The notes under the pieces were generated by a model that had not been told where the DNA came from, ran no database searches, and saw nothing but the letters and a program-made list of their open reading frames with translations. Of a stretch of DNA of 64,000 bases, positions 1 to 13,555 are shown piece by piece; within the stretch, counting starts at the first letter, position 1; each line of letters starts with the position of its first letter. The stretch lies in contig OX597823.1 in the NCBI GenBank assembly GCA_951406725.2, positions 35,712,001 to 35,776,000 on the forward strand. The letters run 5' to 3'. Position numbers and translations under genes: made by a program. The stretch comes from Octopus vulgaris (Eukaryota).

Positions 1-384
1 CTGCTGTATTTCATTCCACAGCAAGAATAGGAATTATTTAGCATATACATATGTATCTCTGTATATATGTATATATCTACATAAAATACACGCATACATA
101 TACACATATAGTATACATACATACACACTTATATATTATGTATGTATGTATTTATATATGTCATTATTCAGTTTCATTTCAAGATTTCAATAGTGAAAGA
201 GTCGGTTTCTAACCTAGATACAACGCTCCTTCATTGGAATTTCAACAACAGCAACAGGGTATTCTTGTATGTATGTATGAATTATGTATGTATGCATGCA
301 TATATATGTGCAGATTTGTATGTTTCGCTTTATGTATGTATTTCCATACATATAGTTGCATGTCTTGACCTGCTCATATATGCT

Positions 385-705
385 TAAATGATAAACTTCT
401 GGAAAGTTTTACAGAATCATACAGTTCCAGCGATTGGTTTAGATCTATAGCCTTTGAATCAGCTTTCTCCTTTCTGGTTTTGAGAAGCCTAATTTCTCAA
501 AATTGATATTTAGGCAGTGTCTTACATATCTCAGTGTACCACTAATTACAGGAACAAACCTGGGCTTGTAATCTGGATAAAGTAACTGTAGATTCCTCAA
601 TAGTTCAGCGTGGGTATTTTCTTTGCCTCTGATCTTTAGCATTATGTTAACGTATGTTGGACAGCTGATTTCCACAACTAGACACAGTTTCTCTTCTCTA
701 TCCTG
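385..705 (-). mobile_element. 3' fragment of an RLE-type (R2/R4/CRE-like) non-LTR retrotransposon, endonuclease C-terminus
   Basis: ORF 445-675 reads VEISCP..NIMLKIRGKENTHAELL..PVISGTL, matching the E/K-x-x-Y...PVIIGALG tail of restriction-like endonucleases; degenerate. Confidence 0.7.
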
Positions 706-724
706 AATATGTATGTATACGCAC

Positions 725-1110
725 GATGACCGGCGTTTACCTCGATAAAAGATGTGCTCAAAGAAAAGCTGATCAAGACCCTACTTGCCAGTCTCTTCAA
801 CGGCACCGTCCTCTCAGCAACCTAATCCACAAGTGAAAAATATACTACTACGAAGAGAAAAGATATTCAAAATGAGGTAAATTGCAAACGGTGTGGAGTG
901 AACGACGAGAACGCTGAGTATCTAAAACAGAAGCAGAGAAGTTGTCGAGTGGTATCTAAGAGATTGGAAAAGGCCACTTGGAACGCCTCCACAAAGATGG
1001 GAAGTCGACGACTAATTAAACGACTTCATCTAAGACGGAAAAGAACACAATCGAGAAAGAATTGAATAGGAGCCGCAATGTGAGTAGCAGGTAATGACAA
1101 CATCGAATAG
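725..1110 (+). mobile_element. Degenerate 3' fragment of an RTE-clade LINE
   Basis: Manual translation gives ASLFNGTVLSA and VVEWYLRDWKRPLGTPPQRW, resembling the RTE ORF C-terminal W.P..KR..GRP..RW motif. Confidence 0.55.
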
Positions 1111-1142
1111 TCTGTTTAATACAGGTGATATATATATGTATG

Positions 1143-1183
<41 letters not shown>

Positions 1184-1189
<6 letters not shown>

Positions 1190-2297
1190 TTAGAGATAAA
1201 ACCACTATTAGGCAAATCAAACAGTGAAAAACATAAACCAAAGCATAGAAATAAAATTAATTAATATAATATACAAAGAATATATAAAATATAAAATTCA
1301 AAATTTAAATTATTTAAATTTAAAGTTAAAATTTTTTTTTTAATTTTTAATTATTAATTTATACTTATAAATTTTCATATATAAATATATATACATATAT
1401 ATTTTTTTATTATTTTTATTTTTTATTTTTTATTTTTTATATATATTTATTTATTTATTTATTTTTTAAAAAAATATAAAAAATAAAAATAAAATTAAAA
1501 ATATAAAATTAAAAATGAAAATAATAAATATATATATATATATATCCTTAAATCCTTAAAAATGTTTTAGCCCGAAGGCCGCGGCCATGCTGGGGTACCA
1601 CCGCTGAAATATATATATATCTTTATATATAAAAGTGAGGTTGTGTGCTGTCTGTCTCCTACGATTTAGATTCCTAACTACTCCCACATTCTGCGGTGCA
1701 GTTTAACCAAAACCGGGTATCTTATAGTCGTGATTCATATCGAGCCCTTCTGGGTATTAGCGCGCGTCTACGATGAGTCTACGATTTTAAAAAAAAATTA
1801 CCATCAATTTTTCCCATTTTTTAATGCATTTTTGGCATATATAAGGGAAGTAACTCTCTAAAAATATATTATTAAATCTCAGAACGTAAAAAGCTTCAGT
1901 AACACCCCCTTTGTGGTTAGCCATATTGAGATGGCTATTATACTTTACATCTCTAAAAATGCTTATATAGTTATTTCCCTTACAAACCCGAGCAACGCTG
2001 GGCGATACTGGTAGTATATATATAAATTTATAAGCATAAATTAATAATTTAATTTTTTTTTTAAATTTTAACTTGAAATTTAAATAATTTAAATTTTGAA
2101 TTTTATATTTTATATATTTTTTGTATATTATATTAATTAATTTTATTTCTATATTTTGGTTTATGTTTTTCACTGTTTGATTTGCCTAATAGTGGTTTTA
2201 TCTCTAATTTAATATATATATTTATACTGTAAAATTAGATTTAATCCTAAATCTAATTTTTCCCTGTAAGTTTGGATTTACGCCCTAATATTATTAT
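1184..2297. repeat. Inverted repeat pair (arms ~1184-1372 and ~2024-2213), PLE pLTR-like ends in (TA)n
   Basis: attaaattagagataaaaccactattaggcaaatcaaacagtgaaaaacataaacc... recurs as its reverse complement ending at 2213; the same terminal motif occurs at ~58123. Confidence 0.85.
1620..2014 (+). mobile_element. Non-autonomous Helitron, family A copy 1
   Basis: A|TC 5' end (tctttatatataaaa), subterminal hairpin cccgagcaacgctggg, 3' GTAG|T (CTAG variant); homologous copies at 13883 and 34506. Confidence 0.8.
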
Positions 2298-2439
2298 ATA
2301 TATATACCGTCACACACGCGCACGCACATACACACATTACCATTTTGCATCTAGCTACCTTAATTATTTTTCAGAGAGAATACTTACTCCTTCGAAAAAC
2401 GGACATAGACATCAAGGTTATGATTTTAACTCGAAATAT

Positions 2440-2620
2440 ACTTTATAGTTAATAATTCCATTTATTAAACAAGTAAATCATAATTTTTCCAAATCGTTCA
2501 ATATTGCAATTGAAAAATATTTTCGAATCAATTTTTTTAATAAACACAAGATTCTCATGACTTATTATGTCAGCAAAAATATTGCGCAAATTATAGCAAC
2601 ACATAATGTAAAAATGATAT
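2440..2620 (+). pseudogene. Degenerate Penelope-like RT C-terminal/linker relic
   Basis: Manual translation IIPFIKQVNHNFSKSFNIAIEKYF and FNKHKILMTYYVSKNIAQIIATHNVKM resembles the PLE PPF..N....F...I.KHF / FNRNT.K.SYS...N...II..HNKK region. Confidence 0.5.
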
Positions 2621-2944
2621 CAAATTTCAAAAAAGTATCTATTATAATCAGAGTGGTATAATAAATATTAAGCATAATAATGTCAAACGGAATTTTTTAA
2701 AAAATTCAAATAGCAGAGAACGCTAAGAATTTAAAAGTTGCTGAAAGGCAAACAACCTAATTTAACATTCCATTGGATGAAAAATATAAAATAAAACATT
2801 CCATCGAATAAAAAATCCAACACGAAATAGAACAAAGATAAGGTTATCTAAAAGATTAAATAGAAATTAAGAACTTGGTTTAAATGAATTTGATTTTATT
2901 ATGAATGATAAAATTAAAAAGTAAGTATGAGAGAAATATAAAAA

Positions 2945-3235
2945 CTAGCAGTATAGCCCGGCGCTGCCCGGGATTAGGTTAGGATTATTAAGCTAATCAA
3001 GCGCTTTGTTTCAAACCAAACTAAGTAACACCGATGTCAAATTTGAGCGAAATCTGTTGAAATTGATAAACGCTTGGCTGAAAATAGATTGCAGACAATT
3101 TAATTGGGAAATCCATAAGGAATCGTTTTATCGATTTTTCCACTCATCGATTGCTTTTTTTTTTGGGGGGGGGGAGCGGGATTTAAAGCATTCAAAGATC
3201 CTGTGAGGCCTAAGTAACGCCGTTGACAAAGGAAA
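2945..3235 (-). mobile_element. Helitron 3' end fragment
   Basis: Minus strand reads cccgggcagcgccgggctatactgCTAG|T (hairpin plus CTAG); 5' boundary not identified. Confidence 0.6.
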
Positions 3236-3448
3236 AGGGTCTTATGATCCTAATCCACAAACGCGTCCATAATTAATCGAAGACTGATTTCATTATTTCT
3301 CTTCTTTTTCGGCATGTGTGAGTTACAAATATTGTTGTCTGTGGAGACATATTTTTGTAGAAAAAGAAATAGTAGTCTTTTGGCTGCTATTTCTAAAATT
3401 TTCGGTATGTGGTCAAGCAACTTGTTGCTAAACCCATATTGTTATAAT

Positions 3449-3506
<58 letters not shown>

Positions 3507-3526
3507 ACATACGAATACTTACATAT

Positions 3527-4110
3527 TCTCTCCTGGTGCTGTATAAATATCTGATGTGGTTTTAGAGTCAAGTTTTGACTGCTATCTCTAGCATGATGGT
3601 ATCTTTAGATACCTTTAATTATAATTTTAATAATAATTATTACGTATGAGGTTTTTATTCCCATGCTGGCCACTTGATATGATCGGTATTTGAAAAAACG
3701 ATCTTATCCTTATTTATATAAATTTATATATTTACTTTGTCATTATATTCACTGCGGTGGTATTTTGACCATTCAGCACGTGGAGTTAAGACAGGCAATT
3801 ATACTGGTCGTGTGCATACGTGCATATATATGTGTGTATGTGTGCGTATATGTAAGTATTCGTATGTTGTATGTATACATATATTTGTAATTATGTACTA
3901 TCTTGTGTATATTCTAACGATGAATCCAAGCATTTCTTATGCAGAGTTAAAAATCTAGATCTGGAATTATCCAATAATTTTTTCCTAGTTTATTTTGTCT
4001 CTTTCTCTTCTCTCCTGGTGCTGTATGAATATTTGATGTGGTTTTGAAGTCAAGTTTTGACTGCTATCTCTAACATGATGGTATCTTTTAGATATCCTTA
4101 ATTATAATTA
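3527..4110 (+). repeat. Partial tandem repeat, period ~482 bp, containing a decayed hammerhead-like motif at ~3911-3967
   Basis: tcctggtgctgtat..gatgtggtttt..gtcaagttttgactgctatctcta occurs at 3531 and 4013; attcta-acgatga...aaaa-tctaga-tc-tggaat lies between. Confidence 0.7.
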
Positions 4111-5109
4111 TATATATACAATTTTAAAAAACGTGCAGTAAATAAACATACGAACATATGCTAAATACACAGACTCCTCTTCAGTTATTAGTCAGAGTCA
4201 AGCGCGATTTCGGCCATTATCGATAATATTGCTTCCATTCTGGAAGCACCGATAAGAAACTTGCCGGGAATGGGACCAAAACATAACAAAACGAGACGGG
4301 CTCGAGACGGGCTCGAGACGGGCTCGAGCCGAGACCGTTAGTATACGGACGAGGGACAAAGCAACAAACAGAATAGAGCCTTAGGGCCACACGAAAACAA
4401 CAATTGAAATGATAATAATACATATGCAGCAAAAAAAAAAAACTAAGGGTTGCAAGGAAATTTTTAAGGTCGTGAGCCGATATAGCCTCATAGAGATTAG
4501 ATAACATGCTGGTCCCTATCTCTCTATCCCACCCCTCTCTTTCTCCCACTCCCCCTCTCTCTCTCTCTTATTATAGTGGTAGTACAAACTAAATTTTTCA
4601 AAACAATGATTATTTTTAATTTCAGCTCAATCTCCCATTGGTGGTATGCGCATATCAGACGCTATGGAGACTTTTTTGTAGGTCTTTTTGTTTTGGGAAA
4701 AACTGCGTCCAGTAGCTATCATCAGTATTTTGTTGGGTGCTGTATTTTTTTGTAGCTTATTAAAGCCCTAACATGCAGGCCAAACGCCCTACACCTTCTA
4801 AAGCTTCTGGCAGTGAACCTAAGCGTTAGTAAAAGGCTATGACGTTCCATGTGAAGGCATAACTGCTGTATATGATTTGGAAAGGTAATGGTTATGCATA
4901 AGGAACATACGCACACACACACACACACACACACACACGCGCGCGCATACATATATAAGATAAATATATACATATAAATAGAAATACTATATATTTGTCA
5001 TGTATTTCAACTGCTGAAAGGCTGTCACCGTGGAGAAAAAATCTCGCACATATATATATTTATAATATTTTATGTTATATTTTGACATTTATAGACATTT
5101 TTATGGACC

Positions 5110-5185
5110 ACGTCCAATATTCGCGTTTTTTCACTATTCACGGCTGCTCTAGGAGCGTAACCCTCGCGAATACCGGGGGACTACT

Positions 5186-5187
<2 letters not shown>
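5110..5187 (-). mobile_element. pogo/Tigger-like terminal inverted repeat fragment
   Basis: Minus strand cagtagtcccccggtattcgcgagggttacg next to a (TA)n tract; no partner end found. Confidence 0.45.
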
Positions 5188-5236
<49 letters not shown>

Positions 5237-5256
5237 TATATACACACAGTAGTTCC

Positions 5257-5299
<43 letters not shown>

Positions 5300-5302
<3 letters not shown>

Positions 5303-5713
5303 AAGCATTGGCGTAAAGCAGTCTATAGTTAGGAGAAGAATTTAGGTTAATTGAAATGTTATCACATATTTCAACTGCGAAAAGACAAATACACTGAAGT
5401 TACCGTGTAGATAAAATATCTTTTATGGTAAAAAGGTATGCAGACACTCAGTTCGTTCAATGTCGCCATCTGTTAGGAATCCAAGACATCGATGTTTCGA
5501 CTTTTGACTCTTGTCAATGTGATGTACCTAAGAGAGGCGACTCCAGATTTGCCTGACAAAAACTCGAAACATTGATGTCTTGGATTCCTAACAGACGGCG
5601 ACACTGAACGAAATGGGTGTTTTCACACCATTTTACCCAGTAACTGAAGTGTATTTGCCCTTTAGCAATTGAAATATGTGACAAATATATTTCAACTAAC
5701 CTAAATTCTGCTC
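5300..5713. repeat. Fold-back element (arms ~5333-5506 and ~5557-5713) flanked by (TA)n, with hammerhead-like remnants
   Basis: Arms are reverse complements; both carry cgaaac-at(c/t)gat-gtc; related sequence at ~4995-5045 and ~29555-29640. Confidence 0.85.
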
Positions 5714-6503
5714 ATATATATATATATATATATATCTGTTTGACACGCAGTAACCGACAGCAGAATATTATAGTCGAGTCCTGCTGCGTGTCCTGACAAT
5801 ATATTCCTACTTTGCGAATAAAAGTGTAAGGGGGCCGTGGCCATTTGAGTGGCGATAAGCGTTTTTATTTGTTAATTTTCAATTCAATCAACCGATGAGT
5901 GATTGTTTGGTATGTAGCTTCAGCGATAATTTGGCATGTAGCTATCTTCGATCGTGGATTTTGTGTTAGTCATTTTTGTCTTTCTTTGTTGCATGGTATG
6001 TCGTTTTAGATTTTGCGAATGATTTTCTAAAATGAATATTTTAAGTTTTGGTTTCAGGATTTTCTAAAAATTAGTATTATTAATGTTTTTTTTTTTAAAT
6101 ATTTATGCTTTTACTAACATACTGAAATTACATCTAATCAACACTGTTTGTAGCTATTCTCGTAAATTGCTAAAAACCTTTTCCCAGCCTTAAGCATTCT
6201 TGGTCAATTATTCTTGTCGAGATGGTCTATCTTCTCTCATACACTTTTATTGTAATTTAATTTTGTATTACCTTATATCTATAAAAGAGAGTTTGTACGT
6301 ATGTGTGTGCGCGCGTGTGTGTTTATGTGTGCGTGCGTGTGTGCGTGCGTGTGAGTGTGTGTGTGTTCCTTATGCATTCCAAAACCAGGTTTTCGATTTT
6401 GTCGTATAGGGTATCAAAAGATTCAGTATTCTTACGGTTATCAATTAAACATTACTTTCTAGACATATTTGCATTACAAAAATTTAACATTATAATCTTT
6501 TCC

Positions 6504-6683
6504 TTAACCCCTTACCCAACAATTATTTTGAAAATAAATATATTTTTTCAGACATATTTTTTAATTGTTTTATTTTACTAAGATTTTGGCGAGTCTATCT
6601 TTTGACGAGTTAACTCGCCAGAGATAGAAAAAAACGATTTCGGTCAAAACGCATATATTCGTTTCTGCCGGGTAAGGGGTTAA
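6504..6683. mobile_element. piggyBac-type MITE (~172 bp) with TTAA target duplication
   Basis: TTAA|CCCCTTACCC ... GGGTAAGGGG|TTAA. Confidence 0.75.
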
Positions 6684-8849
6684 GTCAGCTCTCGTGAACA
6701 TTTTATACCACCACATCGACGTCACATTTTCTATATGAGTGCGTATGCGTCTGTCAGTGTGTCAGTGTGTATTTGCGCATTCCTTATATACGTCAGGCTG
6801 ATGACTGACAAGTATATGTGTTTGAGGGTATATGTGTGCGTGACTATACATATATTTTTGTGAGAACTCACACACACACATGCATGTTGTTGTATGTCAG
6901 AGTCTGTGTATGTGCGAGTGCATGTGTCATAATTTTTATGAAATGCACCGATTTTGAAAGAGTTTGGTTTAATTACTGCTTGGACGTTCAACGAATAACA
7001 GCTCTCATTTTCGATTACCACTGTGTGCATTTTTATTTTCATCATGGAGAGTTGCGGTTTAAACGGCATTAACGATTATCACTAATGAGCCGAAATATTA
7101 TTCTGGTTTTTATAACCTACGTGAAATTTTAGCTGATTTGACAGTATTCAAAACACTCGCATATATCTCGGAAGCTTGGCGAAGTAGAAAGCCTTACAAT
7201 ATAATTACAGAAATGTTATTCCAGTCCTTATAACTAGTTTGAAAATAATACTTTTTTAACAGTCCTAGCATCCTTATCGTATAGCCTTACACAATAAGTG
7301 ATGTCAAATGAATTTATGTCTTGCTTCATACATCCTTCAGTAAATGTTTTTAATTAATTAACGTTCACAACAGTAAGATATTCCTTTCTACATACCTTGT
7401 TCAGCGTTCGTTTCAAAATTGTAAAATGATAAATTATTTTTGTATGAAAAATTGAATTATGCCTTCTGAATTTTCTTGGACTTTCACTTTTTTCACCGTG
7501 ACATTCAATCCTGAATTTTATAACATTTGGTACATGTTCCAAATAAATGTTGGCTTTCTATACTTTGTTGCTTTCGTGACGCATAGTAATTTTGGAAGAT
7601 TCATTTATTTTTCATTTCAGTAAGAAAAAGGTTTTTAAAAGGATCTCATGTATCATGGTGAGAGAAACAAATTCATAAATACGGTGTTGAATCTACTTTC
7701 ACTGTGGAAAAAAGTTAAGGGCGATTTAGCTGTTGTGTTTAGCACAACACCGTTGGGATCTTTTCTTTAAAATCTATTATTTAAATGAAAAATAAATAAA
7801 TCTAAAAATTGTTTTAAAAACTTATTTCGGAAAGACTTCCTTTTGTACCCCCAACCCCACAATTTTTTTAAAAAGACATTAGACATGTTGGTAAATTGAT
7901 TTCCTATATTTTATATTTATAATAATGATGAGAAAGTCATAAAAATCATGAATCTCTATTTAAAAAACTTAATTTCTGTACTATTTATATTCATGTCCCA
8001 AGGAGGATAATATGAATCTGGTCCCACCATTGAGGTATGCTATCAGTGGTGAATAACTGCCGTTTTTTTTTACTTTTGGGAGGTTGTGGGTCGAGTTTGG
8101 AGCTTCTATGACGATTTTCGTTATAATGTTGGAAAGTCATATCACTCGACCACTTTTTGGAACTATTTTATCTTTCCGTATGATAATAAACAAATACAAC
8201 AATTTTTTATCGATTTTATCTTACATTTTTTTACTATTGTGACAGTCACACTATTTCAATTGGTCGGTGTTTGGGTGTCCGTGTATTTGAGGCTGCCACA
8301 CCATTAGAAGAAATACGGTACATATATAAAATACTACCAGCGTTGCCTTTTTAAGTACAAAACTAGAATTGAAAAATGCACATGCTCAAAAGGATTACAG
8401 AATGTCATTATAAGCCTTAAAAAGTATGGGACTAGCATTATTGCTCAAAAATATTGGAATCACTATATGTTGTACATTCTGTGGCATCTTAAAACGAAAA
8501 GAAACTCATGTGTGAATTAGATGTCACGATAATTATTAAACCGAATTCTTGATATAAAAATTTGAAAATGTAAAAAATATGATCTTTAATTTCAAATAAG
8601 TAAATTCATTATAATACTCTTTATACCAGAGTATATTTAAAAAACCATGTTTCACTTTGCATGCAAATTACCATGATAATAAAAAAAAACTGGATTTATG
8701 ATGAAGTCGAATCTATATAAAAGCGAAAATACGAAACCGAAATAATTATAAGCAAAGACAATTCGCGTCATGATACACATGTTAATGGAATAGTTATGCA
8801 AATTAAACAAATTATAACTAAATTATTTTTGATTGATTACTTGTAAATT

Positions 8850-9816
8850 TATAAAAAAATATCATTCATAGATTGAATGGCTGAAAAAGAAGTGTGCAGA
8901 CCCTTCAGCTTATCATAAGTACTATAGGAAAGATACGGTGAAATCATTGTCGTTCCATCAGACATCTGGATGCCACAGCAAAAAGAAGCTGAACATCGAT
9001 GTATCGAGTGCTGAAGGAGAATATCAGGATCCACTCCCACAGGATGATCTGCCTTCATAAGCTCATGTAATTTTATAGGGACATTGGAGAGAAGTCGTCT
9101 TATCTTGTGTCAGAAAGCTGAAGTCACGCTGCACTGATGAAATGAAATTTGACATCGAACAGACAATAAGCCACCAGAATAACTGACTTTGGAATGCATT
9201 TGGCTCTACCGAGGGTAGGCACGTAAATCGATGTCAAAAGTCCACAGTCAGTTATGGTCTGACAACCACTGGAAGGTCTCCCTTAGTTTTGTATTAAAAT
9301 TAATACCCAGCGATACCTTAGCGACATTATGGAAGCTGAACTGCATCCATAGGCGAATAAGCACTTTCAAGACACACCTTGAAGCCTTCAACAGGACTCA
9401 GCACCATCCCACAGCTCCAAACAGACACAACTTTGGATTTAGAAAAACATACCGTCGTTTTCAGGCTGAAATGTATGGTTCTGAATAACCCCAGATCTCA
9501 ACCCATTGGATTTTCTGTTTCGTCTATTCTGGAGACGAGGGTTTTGAGCACTCCTCATGCTTCGCTCGTTGCTCTGAAGGCAAAACTGCATCAGTAATGG
9601 GCTTCGATTCTGGAGAACAGCTGCGTACTGTATGTGAAGCATTCACACCTAGACTTTGAGACTGAGATTCGAAACAGAAGTGGTTATATCGAATAAATGT
9701 GGTAGTATCATAATTGTGCTTCCTTTACCATTGCATTGCAACGCTCGGACCCGAAATATAACAATATCATGCTTTGGCAAAATTTTTTTAAAAATTGTTT
9801 GCCTTAATTTTGGGAC

Positions 9817-9822
<6 letters not shown>
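8850..9822 (+). mobile_element. Decayed Tc1/mariner-superfamily transposon, maT (DD37D)-like transposase pseudogene
   Basis: Frameshifted motifs TDEMKFDIEQ, LQQDSAPSHSSKQTQLW, PDLNPLDFSV.SILETRV...LKAKL; right TIR ttttgggacaccc next to (TA)n. Confidence 0.8.
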
Positions 9823-9910
<88 letters not shown>

Positions 9911-9960
9911 CATACATACATACATACATACATTCATTCATACATACATTCATACATACA

Positions 9961-10050
<90 letters not shown>
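9821..10050. repeat. Compound (TA)n-(TACA)n-(TA)n microsatellite
   Basis: Direct reading. Confidence 0.95.
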
Positions 10051-10054
<4 letters not shown>

Positions 10055-10419
10055 CATGCATACACATTCACATATAGAGCAAGAGTGGGGAGATTGCGCA
10101 TAAACCTATTTTAATGTAAAGATTGAGAAATTAATTTCCAACGCTTCTTGAAGTATTATAATCTCACTTTGGCTATTCATGTTAATTTGAATCTGACAAA
10201 CTTTCTCCACCATTACTCTTACTGCAAGCTAAGCAAAGCACTCGATTACCTACACGAGACCTCTACCAACAACGGAGTTATCCTACATAATCTTTATCAT
10301 GTATTCTTTAAAATTTCTACCCTTACACCGAACTAGATCACTAAAGTGTATTTTGCCTACTATAATTGTACATTAACAAGGACCAGTTTCATGGATAAAA
10401 TCAAGTACATCAAAAATCG

Positions 10420-11030
10420 TTCCGATTATTGTACCCCGTTCATGAGCGAATAGAAAACGTAATTTACGCTCGCATAATTCACTCTTTTGTCAAAAGTAGG
10501 AGCATCCCGCTCAGGCGATACTTCCCAATCCATATTATAAAATATTCACAAATATTTCTTTATTCCACAATTTCTCGACTTGAAAAACCCACAGCGTTCC
10601 TCAATTGCCCTAAAATCAACTGTTCACGCACTCAAGCTACACCTAATGATAACTGCAGTCGAACCAACTCGTCTTCATATTGTTTACCGATGTAAAGTAA
10701 TCACTACTAACTCTATCTGAAACGACATCGTACTCACTGCCAACCCGTTCAAAATCAGATATAGACTGTACACATTTTCATTTAGCAACGCCACCAGAAG
10801 AATCACTATCTGTCTTCTAACTCATAGTTATGACCCTAAAATCATATGGTCTAAAATATGTGGTACTATACTAACTATATAAAGACCTTACACCGGAGAA
10901 TATGAAGACGTGTATTTTGCTTCGCAGAAGCTTTCGAGATTCTATATCCCAAGAACTCTTTAATCAATAGACATTATGCAACCCTAAAGGTTTTTAAACA
11001 ACAAATACGTTCAAGTTATTTATCACTCCT
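10420..11030 (+). pseudogene. Degenerate Penelope-like linker and GIY-YIG endonuclease
   Basis: Manual translation HIVYRCKV...IVLTANPFKIRYRLYTFSFSN matches PLE IVY.C....YIG.T...FK.RY..H..SF. Confidence 0.65.
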
Positions 11031-12641
11031 AATAACATACACCCCTCTAACACATATTTCATGCCTTTTTGCATATAAACTTTTCGATCTCCATTCTCAT
11101 CTTAAGCACATACACAATAACATACAACTCTGATTCAAACAAATGTAATAATTATTTTCAGTACACGAAATTTTTGCAAAAATCATACTCTTTTACAAAA
11201 TTATTCATTATCATACTTTTTTAGTTCCGATGTTATGATTAGTCTCATTTGTTATATCAAACTCATCATCTTTGCATCCTGATATCCCTTTTCATATGTT
11301 TTAATACTCCCAGCTTTTGTAACATACAGAGGCTATCTTACAATTCACTGGCTGTCGTTTATTTCTACACTGAAGCCCAATTTTCCACTTATTTCACATT
11401 ACTTTTTCACAATTCTTTACTTTTCCATATATATCTCCCTATGCAATTACTGTTCATAATTTTTTTTTCATTTAAGTCTCCTCCTATATTTTAATTTCCT
11501 TATCTTTATACTTTCTTTTATTATTTCTGTATCTTTTCTTTCTTCTGTCTCTCCTTACTCCCACATGTTCTCTTATCCTATTTCACTTCACTGAAGATAA
11601 TTAATATAGAAATGACTACCACACCTTCCTATATCTTAAATATGGTCATTATAATAATTATTATAATTTTATATATCTATCTTTTTTATGTTAACATATG
11701 ATATCAGTTTCCTGGAGCAGTATTTTGAGCTAGTCAATATATTTTCCGAATACCAATTATCAACAGATTTCCTTTTGTTAAGATTCTAAAACTTTCTTGC
11801 CAACGGCAAATATATCATAGATTTGATCCTAAACAAACCAAAGTACCATATTAAATACTAAATAATGCATAAATTCAAGTGCTTTTGTTTTTCTTTCATT
11901 GTTTATAACATGAAATTTAATTTGCGGCCCCATCGTCATATAAAGGAAGTATAATATTTATGGTGGTCAATGCAATAGCTTGGAGACATGTTAATTTAGC
12001 GTTAATCACAACGAAATTTTAGCACAAAATCAGGATTGAAACCAGACACAAACAATCACAACTCATGGAACTATAGCAAAATCTTATTAAATGTCAATAA
12101 AATTGCGATCTTCAATGAATATATCATCAGTATTTTTAATTTACAGTCACAAAGGTACATCTATACATAGACACACATTTATATATATGCATATATGTAT
12201 TATATGTCTGTATGTACATATGTATGGATGTATGTATATATACATACATATATAAATATGCATGTATGCATGTACTTATGTATGTATGTATGTATGTATG
12301 TATGTATGTATGTATGTATGTATGTATGTATGTATGTATGCATGTACGTATGTATGTATGTATGTATGTATTACTTTTTGTGTACTATTCTGAGCGCATG
12401 TATATTTTATGATTCTATTCAATGGTGTCTTATCACAGGTATATTACTGTTTATTTGATTTATTTATCATATTTTTAATTACTAATTCTTTCATGATAGT
12501 ATACTCTATTTTATTGCTTATATGAGAATTCTTCATTATATTTCAGTTCCTTATGTAGGCGCTTAGTTCGCTAAAATTACTAAAATATATTGTTATAGAA
12601 ATAAGCAAAACGACAAAAAAAAACCGAGTATTTTCGAAAAG

Positions 12642-12744
12642 TCACCTGAGGAGACGCATCTGCTTCTACGGTGTATTACAACTATTTGTACAGCATCTCA
12701 CCTGCAAAGTACCGGTGCATGAGGGGACGAAACGATCTTAGTGG
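12642..12744 (+). ncRNA. Degenerate type-I hammerhead-like motif (PLE pLTR)
   Basis: tcac-CTGAGGA-g...gac-GAAAC-gatc-TTA-gtgg; helices II and III partly mismatched; lies downstream of the PLE relic on the same strand. Confidence 0.45.
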
Positions 12745-12961
12745 TTCTGAATAGTTTCGTGAATTCCATTCTCTTTCTCTATATTTCTTTCATAAACTCT
12801 ACGGATACAAAGGAATTCCTCAAAGTAAATCTAGTGGCAGGTACCTCCAACGTTGCTGACATCAAGTAACTGCATACTGTGAACGGGCTTGAAATAGCAT
12901 ACTATAAGGTGTATACCTGAATATATAATTATTATATATACGTGTGTGTGTGTATGTGTGT

Positions 12962-13362
12962 AGGCACAGGTGTGGCTGTGTGGTAAGAAGCTTGCTTCCA
13001 AACCACATGGTTCCGGAGAGAGTCCCGCTGCGTGGCACTTTGAGCAAGTGTATTCTTCTATATCCTCGGGTCGACCAAAGCCTTGTGAGTAGATTTGTTA
13101 GACGGAAACTGAAAGAAGTCCCTCGTATATATATGTTTGTGTGTGTGTGTGTGTGTTTGTTTGTTCCCACCCCCACCACCATCGCTTGACAACCGATGTT
13201 GGTGTATTTACGTCCCCGTAACATAGCGGTTCGGCAGTAATCACCGATAGAATAAGCACCAGGCATTCAAAGAATAAGTCCAGGGATCGATTTCTTCGAC
13301 TAAAAGGTGGTGCTTCAGCATAGCCACAATCAAATGACTGAAACAAGTAAAAGAATAAAGGA
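12962..13362 (+). mobile_element. tRNA-derived SINE, family 1
   Basis: tRNA-like head (tggctgtgtggtaag...ggttcc), internal (TG)n, tail ggtggtgc..cat.gcc..gactgaaacaagtaaaaga; many copies in window. Confidence 0.9.
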
Positions 13363-13497
13363 ATTTTATATATACATATGTATATATATATATATACTAA
13401 GTAATTAAGGGTTTAGCAACGAATTGCCTCACCAACACACCGAATTTAGAAATAGAATTATTCCAAATTAATTAATTTCACCCTTTATTATTACTGA

Positions 13498-13539
<42 letters not shown>

Positions 13540-13555
13540 CATATGTATATATAAA

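Noticed and set aside
9656-10114. Many 60-180 aa ORFs rich in YI, HT, CV, LS runs (also ~25.5, 30-31, 56.8 and 60.5 kb)
   Set aside because: Translations of stop-free microsatellites, not genes
13306-13350. SINE/LINE tail stem-loop followed by GAAAC as a hammerhead half
   Set aside because: No upstream CUGANGA and no helix III/NUH; better explained as an RT recognition tail
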